A stretch of 64,000 nucleotides of DNA from Anolis carolinensis (GCF_035594765.1 NC_085841.1:289301402-289365401); one strand, 5' to 3'; positions 49,602-62,774 are shown, counted from the stretch's first letter. Translations and numbers: made by a program. The notes: generated from the sequence alone by a model not told the origin.

Positions 49602-52289
49602 ATGGGCACTTTTGCATGTGGCTGTGTATTAAGCGAGGAGCAATGCATTGTAGGAGACTTTCTTTGCTCTGATTTTTCCTTTCCCTTTTCTCCCTCCCTC
49701 CCTCCCTCCCTCCCTCCCCCTTTTTAATATGTCTAGGAAAGGAAAAGAGAAGAGAGTGAAAGAGAAATCTTTTCCTGCCTTGTTTCCTGCAAAGACTGTT
49801 CTCAAGAGCCCGTTGGACAGCGAGGGGGCTCTTGAAGTGATAGCTCACTGGCCAAAGAAAGGCTCCAATTGTCTTGAGGGGCCTGGAAAGTGCTGCGTGT
49901 GCTTCTGAAAAGGCCCAGGGAGAAGGTGCCCGGTTTCGCTAAGCAGCTGCTGTTGGAGATGTTTGGAGATTACATCAGCATTGGAAGAGGGAGCTGAAAA
50001 AAGAAGTCTAACTTCAGAGAGAGGGAGTGTGTGTGTTTATGGAGTTTTGCCTCCCCCCTTCCCTTCTTCCCCTTCCAAAGATCTTCTGACAATACTGTCA
50101 TTGTCAATATGAGGGTTGTTAATTCTTTATGAATAGTACATGGGGCCTCTTGCCTAAATAGTACATTACATGTCCCAAATCTGTCAGCTGGACTCTTCTC
50201 TCACATGCTAGTGAGATCACTTTGATTGGAATGTTACAGGAATGGTTCAGTTTGCCACCCAGACTTGAATACATTATATAATTAGAATTAGATCTCCCAA
50301 AATAGTGGTAGAGCAGGAGAAGCAATACTTCTGCATCCCTCTCCATTACTTCATTGTTTTAGTTTAAATATGGGATCAGACCCTTTGATGATTTTGTTGG
50401 TTGTAATTATATTAACGCGATTCATTTTGTGGTCCTGTTTCAGTGCTTATTTAGATTACAAACTGGCTCGTAGGTTTCCTGAAAAGAGGAAGGAATCTTG
50501 AAAGAGCTTGTATGCATTTTGAATGAACAAATGGAGCTTTATTGGACTGTTTCCTAGAACAGGAGAATTTTCTTTTTATTTCTCAAAGGGGCTAGTTAAT
50601 GGTTCCCTTTTTTTTTTTGGTAGAATTAACCATGTTTGGGGCCGTTTTTAAAGCTATTGAGCATTTAATAAGCAGCTGATTGCCAAGTAGTTAAATTGTG
50701 TCTTACAAATTTTTTTTTGCTAGAGCAAACCTGTATTGCTTTGGGGATTAAATGTTTTAGGATATCTGAACGTAATCCAATGAAGAATCTAGGTAGTCAA
50801 TCTGACACTTTAACTCTCCTAACAAGGGGGCTATACCTGTGGAACAATTCACTGAACTATGGCCTGCAGTTACAATCACTGAATTGCAAAGACTGGCATC
50901 TTTTTAAAATAGTGATTTTCAACATCCTAAAACATACACAGAAAATATTTTTTCTCTTGAGCATAAAGGGTTTATCCATTCCTTCCAACCTGATATGAAT
51001 CTTGGTCTGGAGACATGGTTCTTGAAAACTACTGTAATTAAAAGAAGGCCAACAATGGTTCTTGTTCAAGTTCAGCCAGTGGGTTTCTAATAAGTGGGGA
51101 TTTGAACTCTGGAGCCCTAGTCTGGCACTGGCTTTTTAGCTTTATTATTTTCCTATTCAAAGTGTTCTATATTGTTTGAAATTTAAGTATGATACTAATA
51201 GTTTTCCTGTCTCGGATAGCATTTGATGTTACTTAATTCTATTTGTAATTACATATTGTATTGTTTTTGTCTTTCCATCTTTTTATAATTAAAAGAATGT
51301 GTATTATGTATGATGGTTTCTAAACAATTTACATAGTCAGTAGATGGTGTCACTATACATTACACAACCAGAAATAGTAGGTGCCAGTGTACCTCCCAGA
51401 AAGAAAGCTAAAATGAGGATGAGTTCCCCCATATGTGCTAAACATCTGTGTTTTTGCAATTGAGATATAAAAGCTACCATCAGTAAATCTTCTCACTCTC
51501 TACATTGGTCACTAAATCTGGGACCAGTTCCAGAACATTTATCATCTGGACTCACTATGGCATGACTGTGATGGCAGCCACAGGCACCAAGTTTGTGAGA
51601 CAACATTAGCTCTCCTGGACCATCACCTCTCCCTCTGTGTTGCTGCCCCTCCTAACTGGCCATGGAATTCTGTCCAAGTGCCTGGCCATGGCTTGTGGTG
51701 TTTGTGAAATCATAATGGGGTGCCTGTGCAACTAACAAGAAGGAGGAGGTATTAACTCTTATTTCTTGCTGGTTACGGATGCCTCATTCTGACATCAGAG
51801 CTAGGTGCTTAGATGGAGGCCCACTGCCGACGGGGAGCAGTGGGAGCAACACTGGGATGAAGCATCGCCTTTTCCTGCACTGACCAATGCAGAGAAAATA
51901 TGATGGCGCTGTGTCCATTTGGACAGTGGATTGGGCTAAATCTCATCTAATCCAATTGCCCAGATTGTTTCATAGTTCCAGGATGATCTGGAGTTCCCAC
52001 CAAACTTATACGTATTTCCCAGCTTTTCCTAATGTAGAGCAAGTCAGAGTGAAGCAAGAAAATCTGGAATAGACATAGGAAGTTGGTGTATCATAGGGAT
52101 AGAAGATTGGATTGGAGGGGAGACAAATCTACAACATTTTTGGAGCCAAGGGTAGTTGCATGCTTAGACACCCACCCACCCACCCACCCACCAGTGATCC
52201 ACTTTCTTCATTAGGAGCAAGTAGAAAGATTTCAACCTATACCTAGCAAAAAATAAGGACAATCTGTTAAAAATTGGTAGGATAATGAT

Positions 52290-52585
52290 GGTGGTAGGCA
52301 GCTGATGAAAAGGTTCTCTGGGTGGTGGCTGTCAGATGGGTTCTGGCAGGCTGGAGCAGATGCCTCACAGAGGACCTCAGTTTTCGGGGTAGATTGTATG
52401 GAAGAAGGCAAATCTGTAACCTGGATCCAAACCATATAAGGCTTTAAAGGTCAAAACCAACACCTTGTACTTTGCCCAGAAACTAATTGGCAGCCAGTGG
52501 AGTGACTTTGGGATAGGGGTGATATGCTCACTCCTGGGTGTTCCTGTAACCCATCTGGCTGCTGTATTTTGAACCAACTAGAGCT
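52290..52585 (-). mobile_element. L2 fragment; continues at about 55058-55095 after the Bov-B insertion
   Basis: LVQNTAARWVTG..SEHITP..KSLHWLP; the upstream YIGLPLYQVQKL is at 55060-55095. Confidence 0.85.
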
Positions 52586-55057
52586 GCAAGGCAGACTCCA
52601 GCAATACATGGAATGAGAGTTGCCAGATGTACAAGTTGGGTTTAGAAAAGGCAGAGGAACGAGATACCAAATTGCCAATATCCAATGGATAATAGTGGAA
52701 GGCAGGGAGTTTCAGAAAAACATCTATTCCTGTTTTATTGAGTACTAGCTGTGCCCGGCCACGCGTTGCTGTGGCGTTGTCTGGTGGTGTTGGTGAGAAA
52801 TTGTTGAGGTAGTGGTGGTATTGAATGTCTGTTGTATGGTTGTCTTTATGTTGAGTATGCATTTGGTTGTTTGTGTACTGTGAAAGTGGTGAGGGTAGAG
52901 GGGGTCTATGTCCCTGTGTAGTATTGTATAGTATTTATACGTTGTCCATGTGTTGTGAATGCTTGGATTGTGTCCTGCTGCATAGTAGAAAGGGTTGGGC
53001 TGGATGGCCCTTAGGGGTCTCTCCAAACTCTTGTGCCTGTCCCCTGGGCTGAGTGGGTTGCTAGCAGACCAAGTGGGTGGAACTTAGCCTTGTAACTGGC
53101 AGCAATTGGATAAAAACAATTATTCCTCTCCCTCTAATTAGGACTTTATTTTTCTTTTCTTTTTGTTGTATTAACCTAGAGCCGTGGCCACGCGTTGCTG
53201 TGGCAAAGTGGTGGTGGTATTGGTTAAAAGTTGTTGTGGAATTTTTATTTGACGTTATTTGTATTTTTTTAAATTAATTTTATTGTAACTTATCTTTTTT
53301 ATTTATTATATTTTATTATTTTGTTGTATTATTTTTAGTTATTTTGTTAATAGTATTTTATTGTATTAATTTTTTGAGTGTTTTTAATTATTTTTATTGT
53401 ATTATTTGTATTTATTTTATTTTTTTATTCTTTTATTAACACTGGGCTGAGTGGGTTGCTAGGAGACCAAGTGGGCGGAGCTTAGCCTTCTAACTGGCAG
53501 CAATTGGATAAAAACTATTATTCCTCTCCCTGTAATTGGGACTTTATTTTTCTTTTCTTTTTGTTGTATCAACCTAGAGCCGTGGATGATGGGTTGTGTT
53601 GTCAAATTTCGAGGTTGGGGGGCCTGTAGTTTTGTTGTTTTGTCCACTGCCCTGATGCCATCACTCTCATATATATATAGACTAGCTGTGCCCGGCCACG
53701 CGTTGCTGTGGCGAAGTATGGTGGTAAGGGAAATAAAGTATTGAGGAATTGGTGGTAGTTAAGGTAAAGGGTCCCCTGGGCTGAGTGGGTTGCTAGGTTG
53801 CTAACTGGCAGCAATTGGATAAAAACAATTATTCCTCTCCCTCTAATTAGGACTTTATTTTTCTTTTCTTTTTGTTGTATCAACCTAGAGGCATGGATGA
53901 GGGGTTGTGATGTCAATTTTCGAGGTTGTGGGGTGTTTACTTTTGTTGTTTTGTCCGCTGCCGTGATGCCATCACTCTTTTATATATATAGATTCTAAAG
54001 CCTTCGATCATGTGTGGATCATAATAAATTGTGGCAAGTTCTTGGTGGTATGGGGATACCAAGTCACCTTGTCTGTCTCCTGAGAAATCTGTATAAAGAC
54101 CAAGTAGCAACAGTAAGAACAGAACACAGAACAACAGACTGGTTCAAGATTGGGAAAGGAGTACAGCAGGGTTGTATACTTTCACCCTACCTATTCAACT
54201 TGTACTCAGAACACAACATGCAACATACGAGGCGTGATGAATCCAAGGCTGGAGTTAAAATTGCTGGAAGAAACATTAACAACCTTAGATATGCAGATGA
54301 TACCACTCTGATGGCTGAAAGTGAGGAGGAGCTGAGGAGCCTTATCACCAAGGTGAAAGAAGAAAGTGCAAAACCTGGGTTGCAGTTAAACCAAGATGAT
54401 GGCAACCAGACTGATTGATAACTGGCAAATAGAGGGAGAAAACGTGAAGGCAGTAACAGACTTTATATTTCTAGGCACAAAGATTACTGCAGACACAGAC
54501 TGCAGCCAGGAAATCAGAAGACGTTTACTTCTTGGGAGGAGAGCAATGGCCAACCTCGGTAAAATAGTGAAGAGTAGAGACATCACACTGGCAACGAAGC
54601 TTCACAAAGTTAAAGCAATGGTATTTCCCGTAGTAATTTATGGATGCGAGAGCTGGATCATAAAGAAGGCTGAGCGAAGGAAGATAGATGCTTTTTAACT
54701 GTGGTGTTGGAGGAAAATTCTGAGAGTGCCTAGGACTGCAAGAAGATCCAACCAGTCCATACTCCGGGAAATAATGTCCGGCTGCTCACTGGAGGGAAGG
54801 ATATTAGAGGCAAAAATGAAGTACTTTGGCCACATAATGAGAAGACAGGAGACCTTGGAGAAGAGAATGATGCTGGGGAAAATGGAAGGAAAAAGGAAGA
54901 GAGGCCGACCAATGGCAAGATGGATGGATGGTATCCTTGAAGTGACTGGCTTTACCTTGAAGAAGCTGGGGGTGGCGCCGGCCGACAGGGAGCTTTGGCA
55001 TGGGCTAGTCCATGAGGTCACGAAAAGTCAGAAGTGACTGAACGAATAAACAACAGC
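52584..55057 (+). mobile_element. 5'-truncated Bov-B (RTE) LINE, interrupted by a Helitron
   Basis: LQGRLQQYME..GFRKGRGTR; TTDWFKIGKGVQQGCILSPYLFNLY; NNLRYADDTTLMAESEEEL; MKYFGHIMRR. agagct is duplicated at both junctions; frameshifted. Confidence 0.95.
52745..53992 (-). mobile_element. Non-autonomous Helitron multimer
   Basis: Minus strand reads 5'-TCTATATATA...gccacagcaacgcgtggc hairpin...CTAG-3'; inserted at A|T with no TSD; internal CTAG|TC junction at 53682/53681. Confidence 0.92.
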
Positions 55058-55332
55058 AGAGCTTCTGAACTTGGTATAAAGGTAGCCCAATATAAATTGG
55101 TTTTTTTTTCTTGTTTGTTATAGTTTTTTTTTTTTCAGGGACAAAAAGAAAAGAGGAACTGTTCATCTCTTTTAGTTTCTAAGTGAAGGGGGCATGGAAA
55201 GTGTCTTAAAATAGAAGAAAAACGTCATGGTAGGTTGATTGGTTTCCTTTTACTACTTCAATTGATTGCATTTCATGGGAAATAAACATCTGCAACTATA
55301 TGCCATCTCACATGAGTACTTTTTGTTTATAC

Positions 55333-55646
55333 AATTTGAACATCCCTTATCCAGAATTCCGTAATCCTGTCCACATGGGTGGCTGAGAAGGCGATATCTT
55401 TCTTTTCTGATGGTGTTTCATGCACAAAATTATTAAAATGTTGCATATCACATGGCTTTCAGGCTAATTTTATAAGGTGTATATACAGTATAAATGAATT
55501 TAGTGTTTCGACATGGGTTCCATCTCCAAGATATATCATTATGTATGCATGTGCACATATAGGTATTCTAAAATAAATAAAAAAATATTCTGAAATCCCA
55601 AACACTTCTGGTTTCAAGCATTTCAGATAAGCGGTACTCAACCTGT
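55333..55646. mobile_element. Tigger-like non-autonomous element
   Basis: TA-caatttgaacatcccttatc / gataagcggtactcaacctg-TA. Confidence 0.75.
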
Positions 55647-57019
55647 ACCATGTTACTACAAGATCATTTCTCCCTGCTGCAGTTAGACCATCTCATATGA
55701 TTACAGAATGATGGCAATGAAGCCTAGGTCACTCATAAGTTGCTTTGCATGCAGATCTTGCTTAAAATCCTTTGCTCTATATCTAGCACAGGAAATGTTC
55801 GATATGATTTATAGCTGTTGTTTCTGACCTTCATTTTCCTTCAGAGAAGTATATGAACCCCTATTAAAGATACCATTCAAATAAGAAAATGAACAATAGA
55901 GCTCCATGAAAATTTCCTAATCTTAGATTGTGGTGTTAAATAACAGGTTAGTGAGGCATGCGGGCTTCTTCCTGAGCCATGGCAGCAAATTTCCCACATG
56001 GGCAAAACAAACGACCATTTGATATCCCATAAACTTGGAATGCAGTTTGTGTGACAAATGGCCTTCGGATTTAGTTATCTGTTGAATTGGCAGACACATT
56101 CCTCTTTGATCCATCCCATCCTGTCTCCAATTTTCATCCTTACTAATGATTTTGGCAACATCATTTAACACGCTTCAGGAAATATAGTCAATAATAAACA
56201 GTGATCTTTTAGTGAAAACTGTAGATATATTCAGTGTTGAATGGAGATTTGCATTTTGATATCTACTCCAAGAACTCTGTGTTTGAAGCATACATTTATG
56301 AAAGAAATAATTTATTTTGAATTTTGTTGCCTCTTGTAGTTGTATGGCATGATGAAAATTGGCATCAGGACCTGGATAGGAGTTAATGGCTACTAACTGC
56401 AGACTAACTCTGAAACATATATTCTGTTACCGTGCTTGAGATAAACAAATCCACAACTTTATTTACATTGTCATGACTGTGGCATCCTCCTAAACAATGA
56501 CTGTCAAGCCATGGAACCAAGTGTTTAATGGGCCTTCTATAAACAGAATTGGCGATGCAACAGGTGGCTCAATTACTTTAGGTATGCCCATTACGGCAAC
56601 TAACAACAAACAGCAAAGAGAAGGCAAAGATGCTGGAGGGGGGAAGAGCTGTAATTATGTTGACTCACAGAAGGAATCTGAACAGCTGGGGGCCCAGGAC
56701 CTTGTCCGCCAAACTGCTCCGTCACAAATGAGAGCTTAAGGAGAAAATGCTGTAACTGACAAGAGCTGCTATATCACATGGAAAATGCTGTTCATGCATA
56801 TGTCATCTAAAAGACATGAAAAGACAAGCAAGGAGATGCTAGTATCACATCATAATGAAGATCATAGTGTTTAATGCTTCTTCTCTTTATCTAAGATTTT
56901 TGTAGGTTCTCCTTATCAGCTATAAAGAATGGGATATGAGAGATACAACTATATTGTATGGAAATTTAGGGACAGGGCCAACAAATAACATGAAAAATAA
57001 TATCTATTTTTTCAAACGG

Positions 57020-57131
57020 ATAGAATTATATTTCAAAGAGACCTCAAGGATCATCTAGTCCAAGCCATGGTCATGAAGGAATACACAACTAAAGCATTTC
57101 TGAAAGATATCCATCTAACTTCTGTTTAAAG
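57020..57131 (-). mobile_element. CR1 3' fragment
   Basis: agagacctcaaggatcatctagtccaa...ccatctaacttctgtttaaa. Confidence 0.6.
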
Positions 57132-57865
57132 ACAGAGCCCTTGGCAACCTCCTCCTACTTCCAAAAGCTCAAGGAAGTTTCCATGACTTTGTTTTTTGGG
57201 GTGCATAAGTTGGGGCTGAAGTAGGAAGGGGAGGTGGCCCAGCCTTCTGATTCCACTGTTAAAAGCCGTTCTCTTGGTGGGTGTCTTCCCACAGGATTTA
57301 CATCATTATATCCAATATACAACTACACATTCCACCAAGAATAAGTGATTGCATTCTTACTCTTTTACGGAATAAATTAACTCATTTAGTGCTTTTGTTT
57401 CTTTCCAAACATTCTTAAGATTTTACATAAATTTCCAGCTGTCACACTGTAATAAAATTATCAAAAGGCATGCAGATGCAAAGCCACATTCATTCTTGTA
57501 TCATTTTGCAAACTTGGAACACCAAAACTTCACCTGGCCATGAAATGTAGCCGTCAGGCAGCTGATTCACAGATAAAGGTGCTGCCTCATTTCCTTCATG
57601 CAATTGTGTGCAAACATGCACATGCTAGGTTTCTATACTAGGAGTGGAAATCATGCAGTGCTTCCCCAAGGTTTCTTTTAGCTAGAAAATATTTTAAATA
57701 TAGAGGGATTTTCTTTGAGGAAACACTGCAAGTGGTGTAACTTTGTACTTACACGCTATTTCAGGAGTTCCACAGCAAAAAAATTACCTGAAAATTGAAT
57801 GGAAGTGATTGAAATAGAGTCTCTTTTCTGAATTTTGACCAATGTTTAACAGAATGTTCAATAAA

Positions 57866-58168
57866 GATGGAGTATCCCTTATCCAAAATGTTTGGGACCA
57901 GAAAAAAATGGATTTTGATTTTAGGAAGGGAGGAGGGCAATTTTGTAACACATATGTAATGAGATTTCGAGGAGATATAAACTTCATACACATAGCCTGA
58001 AGGTAATTTTATACACAATATTTCAAAATAATTTTGCACATGAAACAAAGTTTATGTGCATTGAACCACCAGAAAGGAAGGGTTCCATGATCTCAACTGC
58101 ATTTGTGGGCATTTTTGCATTTTGGTTATTTTGGATTTCAGAATTCCTGATGAATGATGCTCAACCTG
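57866..58168. mobile_element. Tigger-like element, same family as 55333-55646
   Basis: gagtatcccttatccaaaatgtttgggaccag...gatgctcaacctg. Confidence 0.7.
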
Positions 58169-59372
58169 AATCATAATAAATTTATGCCCGGGTCTTTCAC
58201 TGGAGTATAAAGTTCTGCTCTGGCAGAACTATGCTCCGTCTGCCTCTTTTCCCATGTCACTTAGGCACCTTTGTTGATATCAGCAAAGGTGCCCATTAAC
58301 AGCCAGGTTCTATATGGAGCTGTATGACTGACTGCCAGCCCAGATAAGTCCTTCTCTTTTCCCTGCATTCATGAAAAAGAAGATGGTGGCACTGCTCCAT
58401 GTGGGCGATGTACCTGTTTGAATCAAAACTGGTTCAGCTATTAACACAAATGTCAAAGTGTGGGGTTGCTGTTGGGTTTGGAGAAAACTCCAGAGCATTC
58501 CCTGACTTTTGCTACAATGGGGCAAAATGTGCTCCAAGCATTTTGGACAAGGGATATTTTTACCCTGTGATATTGTTCCTTCATATGTGGGAAAAGGAAC
58601 AAGCAAGTAGTTTGTTGTTTTATAACTGGTTCCCTCTAAGTTTGCTTTCCTTGGCTACTGGCTTAGTTTATGCCTTCTGTTTTCTGACACTTGGTTTTAA
58701 ATTTTGATTGTTGTCTGCAGCCCAAATCACGTCCTTAACATCTCCCCACAAAAGCAAAGACATGGAGGACTTTACCAGACAGAAATAGGAATTGTCTATG
58801 ATAAATGAGGCTAGTTGCAATACAGGCATGATGTAATTGTTAGTTATCTAGTCATCTCATGATTCAAATGTGACTAACATCCCTCCGGCCATTCTAAGGA
58901 ATAAGATAATGTACACTGGTACATCAGCCAGCAGCATGTTACTTCTGGGACTTATGAGGGGGGAAAAATCAAAACGTAACAGGAAGCATTCCTCATTAGC
59001 CATATAACACACCATTGTAGCTCAGTTAATTTTAGTTAATTACTGAGGGCGCAATACATTTTTCTTACTTTTGTCATTAAAAGCAGGTTAACCCATTCTG
59101 TGCCAGAGACTGCCCCTGTTGATAACTTCTTGACAGTGATACAACATCGTCTAACTATAAAATGCAGAATGTTGTTAAATTTTCTAACACAGCACAGTCT
59201 ATTACAACTGATACACTTTGCTGTTTTTAAATTTGAAACAAAGACAGCATTATTCTATTATGTATGCACAATTTTGCAATAATCAATCCTGGTGTTAACT
59301 ACAGAATTGGAATTGGAGGCCAGTCTTTATCTTATAAAGATTAAAATTGTACTACAATACAAATTGTACTAC

Positions 59373-59605
59373 AGGGTGCAATGGTTTAAACCCTTGTGCT
59401 GGCTGAAGACCTGCAGTTCGAATTTGCGAGATGGGGTGACCTCCCGTTTGTCAGGCCCAGTTTCCCATGCAGGGACATGAGAGAAGCCTCCCACAGGATA
59501 GTAACACATCTGGGCATCCCCTGGGCAACATCTTTGTAGATGGCCGATTCTCTTACACTAGAAGCGACTTGCAGTATATTCTCAATCCTCTTCTGACACG
59601 ATTTT
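59373..59605 (+). mobile_element. tRNA-derived SINE with Vingi-like 3' tail
   Basis: B-box-like agttcgaat; 3' gaagcgacttgcag...ttctgacacga resembles the Vingi end at 36291-36301. Confidence 0.8.
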
Positions 59606-59682
59606 TAAGAAAGCTGGCAATATGAACATCTGCAAGGAGAAGAGCAGTTTAAGAAGAGCAATCTGGAGAACAGGGTTATACA

Positions 59683-60501
59683 CAGAGGCGGTCCATCGGC
59701 GAGGCCAATTAGGCGGTCACCTGTAACGCATTGTTCCCGGGGGTGCCTGGAGGCGCTCCCGCAGCGGCAGTGGCCCAAAAAGCGATCCCCATGCCATTTT
59801 TCTGCTTTGCAGAGTGGAGATCGCCTTCCTGGCCAGAAGGAAGGCGATCCCCACTTTGCCAAGCAAAGAAACACAGCTTTTCTTCTTGGTGAGGTGGGGA
59901 TCGCCTTCCTTCTGGCCAGAAGGGAGGTGATTCCCCACTTTGCCAAGCAAAGAAACGCAGCTATTCTTCTTGGCGATTGTGGGGATTGCCTTCCTTCTGG
60001 CCAGAAGAGAGGTGATCCCCACTTTGCCAAGCAGAGAAACCCCACTCTGGAGCCCACGTCGGACCTTTCGGTGGGCCAGGCGGGCCTTCCGGAGCCTACG
60101 CTGGGCCTTCTGGAGTCTGCTGCCGTCTGTTGGAAGCAAGGCATGTGGGGTTTATTTGTCTGTTGAATAATGACCAGGGTGGGAGAAAGAGCTCTTGTCT
60201 ATTAGGAGGCAGGTGTGGATGTTGTAATTAATCACCTTGATTAGCATTTAATGGCACTGTGGCTTCAAGGTTTCCTCTTGCCTGGGAGAATCTTTTTTTG
60301 GGAGTTGTTAGCTGTCCCTGATTGCTTCCTGTCTGGATTTCCCCTGAGTGTTGTTCTTTATTTAGGCTTTTCCTTAATCCCTCCTTTTTATCCAACATTT
60401 TCATTTATCCAACGCTTTTATTTTTCAGTTAATTGTTTTTTTTGGGGGGGCACCAAAATTTCTATTTGCCTATACTTGAAAATTACCTTGGACCTGCTCT
60501 G
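59683..60501 (-). mobile_element. Composite hAT element of the same family as 42458-45027, with palindromic array, Penelope and MITE fragments
   Basis: Reverse complement of 60440-60501 (cagagcaggtccaaggtaattttcaagtataggc..aattttggtgcccccc) matches 42458-42520; other end cagaggcggtcc; TSD degenerate. Confidence 0.8.
59806..60045. repeat. Palindromic minisatellite, three units of about 84 bp
   Basis: gtggggatcgccttccttc-tggcca-gaagggaggtgattccccac; centres at about 59832, 59915 and 60000. Confidence 0.9.
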
Positions 60502-60825
60502 GATACATTTTGCCCTCTCTTTAAAGCTGCTTAAGGAAAATGCTTTGTCAGGATTTCATTATGCATTAGCCTAAATTCTCCACGGTCTCTCTCCCCCCCA
60601 CTCCTTCCTTTCCTTCTCTTATTTTCAGTATTCATAACTCATCCTTCACTCAAAAAGGTTCCTAGGATGCATCTACACTGTAGAATTAATGTTGTTTGCT
60701 GTCACTTTAACTGTCATGGCTCAATGCTTTAGAATAATAATGCTCTGAAATTCCTAGAGTTGTGATATCATCCTATTCATCATGTGATCTCTGACTGGAC
60801 GTAATCATTCACATGAGTAGTCCAG

Positions 60826-60870
60826 GAAAGAAGAAGAAGAAGAAGAAGAAGAGGGATCTGAGAAGAAGAG
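60826..60870. repeat. (GAA)n microsatellite
   Basis: Read directly from the sequence. Confidence 0.9.
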
Positions 60871-61394
60871 TAGCAAGAAAAATGCAAAAAGAAAATTAAA
60901 AAGCGCTATATGAAACTATAATGTGTGGACTGTGCTATAAATGGGAAACAAATGTTCATTCATTGCACTGCAAAATAAAATACAGAAAGATTATTTGATA
61001 TTTTAACTTTATGGCTCACACTATCCATAACATGGCTGTTTTCCAGAAATGAAAATACCTCAAAAACACAATTTTATAATATGTGTGTGTGTCACTGTGG
61101 TTGCATCTATTGCAGTAATTTGGCAGGATGTAGGCTAATGTATGCAACGCTATGGAAAATATAATTGAATAAAAAGGTAAAACTTTACTAGCTTTCCTGA
61201 TAATCACCTCTTCCTTTGGGCATATGTGCCTTTGATTATGTTTTATGTATTTTGTTTATATGTTGCCTTTCTCTCAAAGTGGGACCCAAGGCTGCTCATA
61301 GTTAAAATTAGTTAAAGCAATGCAGCTAAAAATAAAGCAAAACAAAAAAGGACATTCATATAGGGAGATGTGGTTTATCAGACAGCTAGGATTT

Positions 61395-61622
61395 AAAATT
61401 TCAAGTGACCTGTCAACTTATGGTAACCCCATGGATTTAATGTTTTTTCCCCCCTTAGGCAAAGAATACTCAGAGGTAGTTGGCCATCATCTTCCTCTGA
61501 AATATATCTCAGGTGCCTACAGATCCTAGTATTCCCTGGCACCCTATCATCCTGCAACTAACCAGGCTTGGTCCTTTTTAGCTTCCAAGATCAGATGGAA
61601 TCTAGTGCCTTGGGGTACTTGG
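61395..61622 (-). mobile_element. 5S rRNA-derived SINE
   Basis: gcctacag..tagtattccc..actaaccaggc..ttagcttccaagatcaga is the reverse complement of 5S rRNA; body homologous to 46980-47090. Confidence 0.8.
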
Positions 61623-62658
61623 ATCTCCTCCTCTTCTTTTGCTCCCTTTTGAAGTAATAAAGAAGAAAAAGGAGGAGGAAGAGAGGAAGGGACAGAGGGG
61701 CAGGGAAGAGGTGAGGAAAACTATGGATGCATTTCTGGATAATCATCTCTGGAATCACTAGGGCTAGTGTAAAATTCTGAACCTCACCATTCTCAAAGGT
61801 TGTTAGAGGACTTTGTTTATTTTCTTGTTAGTAAAAGATGAAGTGGGTTACAGAGGAATAATATTTTCAGGACTCTGATGAGTTCTCAGAGTGTATCTGA
61901 AGAAGTGCATTGAAATCAATGAAAGCTGATGTTAAAATAAACCAGTTAGTCTCAAGGGTTTTCCTAGATTCTTTCCTCCATATCACACCTCACCTCACCT
62001 CACCCTCCCTTAAATGGTTCTATCTGTTTGCTACATTTAAAATAAATAAATTTAAAACCTCAAGTTTTTAAAAACACTGCCCAGAATTTACTAATGCAGT
62101 TATGAACCCATAATTTCAAATGCATTTGTCACTGGTTTGTAGTCATAATCTCTTTGTTTTTACTGTTTTAGAAAATACATAAGGACTCCAAAAGTTCCCT
62201 GACCCTCAGTTATTGGGCAGCAGTGAGTAAACTATTTCAATGGCCATGTCATACTCCCAAGAGATATAAATGTAGAATTAGTCCATCAAAAAAGAATTTA
62301 GCCAGTGGTGTAGTGAGATAAGTCAGAGATGATCTTAGTGTGCAACAAATCATCTTTGCTATGTAATTACCTTAAATTATGTATCTAAATTCCATCTCCT
62401 GACCTAGACCCTCTTTAATTCTGACTTAGCAGCAGCAACTGCTTCAAGTGATGGGAGTTTGTTCTATTGATTGAGATGGCACAGATGATGTCCCCACTCC
62501 TCCCTCTAACAAACTCTGGTACAAATAAATTATGGACACATCGCTTTGGATTATACATTTGCATTATGAGTTCCAGCCTTTCTCTTTATCATGATTTGGA
62601 TCACTTTCCCAAAATGAGAACAATCAAATCAGGCATTTACCTTAACAAGCCTCTACCT

Positions 62659-62774
62659 CAGGCATAGGCAAACTTGGGCCATCCAGGTGTTTTGGACTTC
62701 AACTCCCACAATTCCTAACAGCCACAGGAGTTGAAGTCCAAAACACCCTGATGGCCTAAGTTTGTTCATGCCTG
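62659..62774. mobile_element. hAT MITE
   Basis: caggcataggcaaact / agtttgttcatgcctg; same family as 21420-21596. Confidence 0.85.

Noticed and set aside
59605-60166. Repetitive ORFs of 119-179 aa
   Set aside because: They are translations of the palindromic minisatellite.
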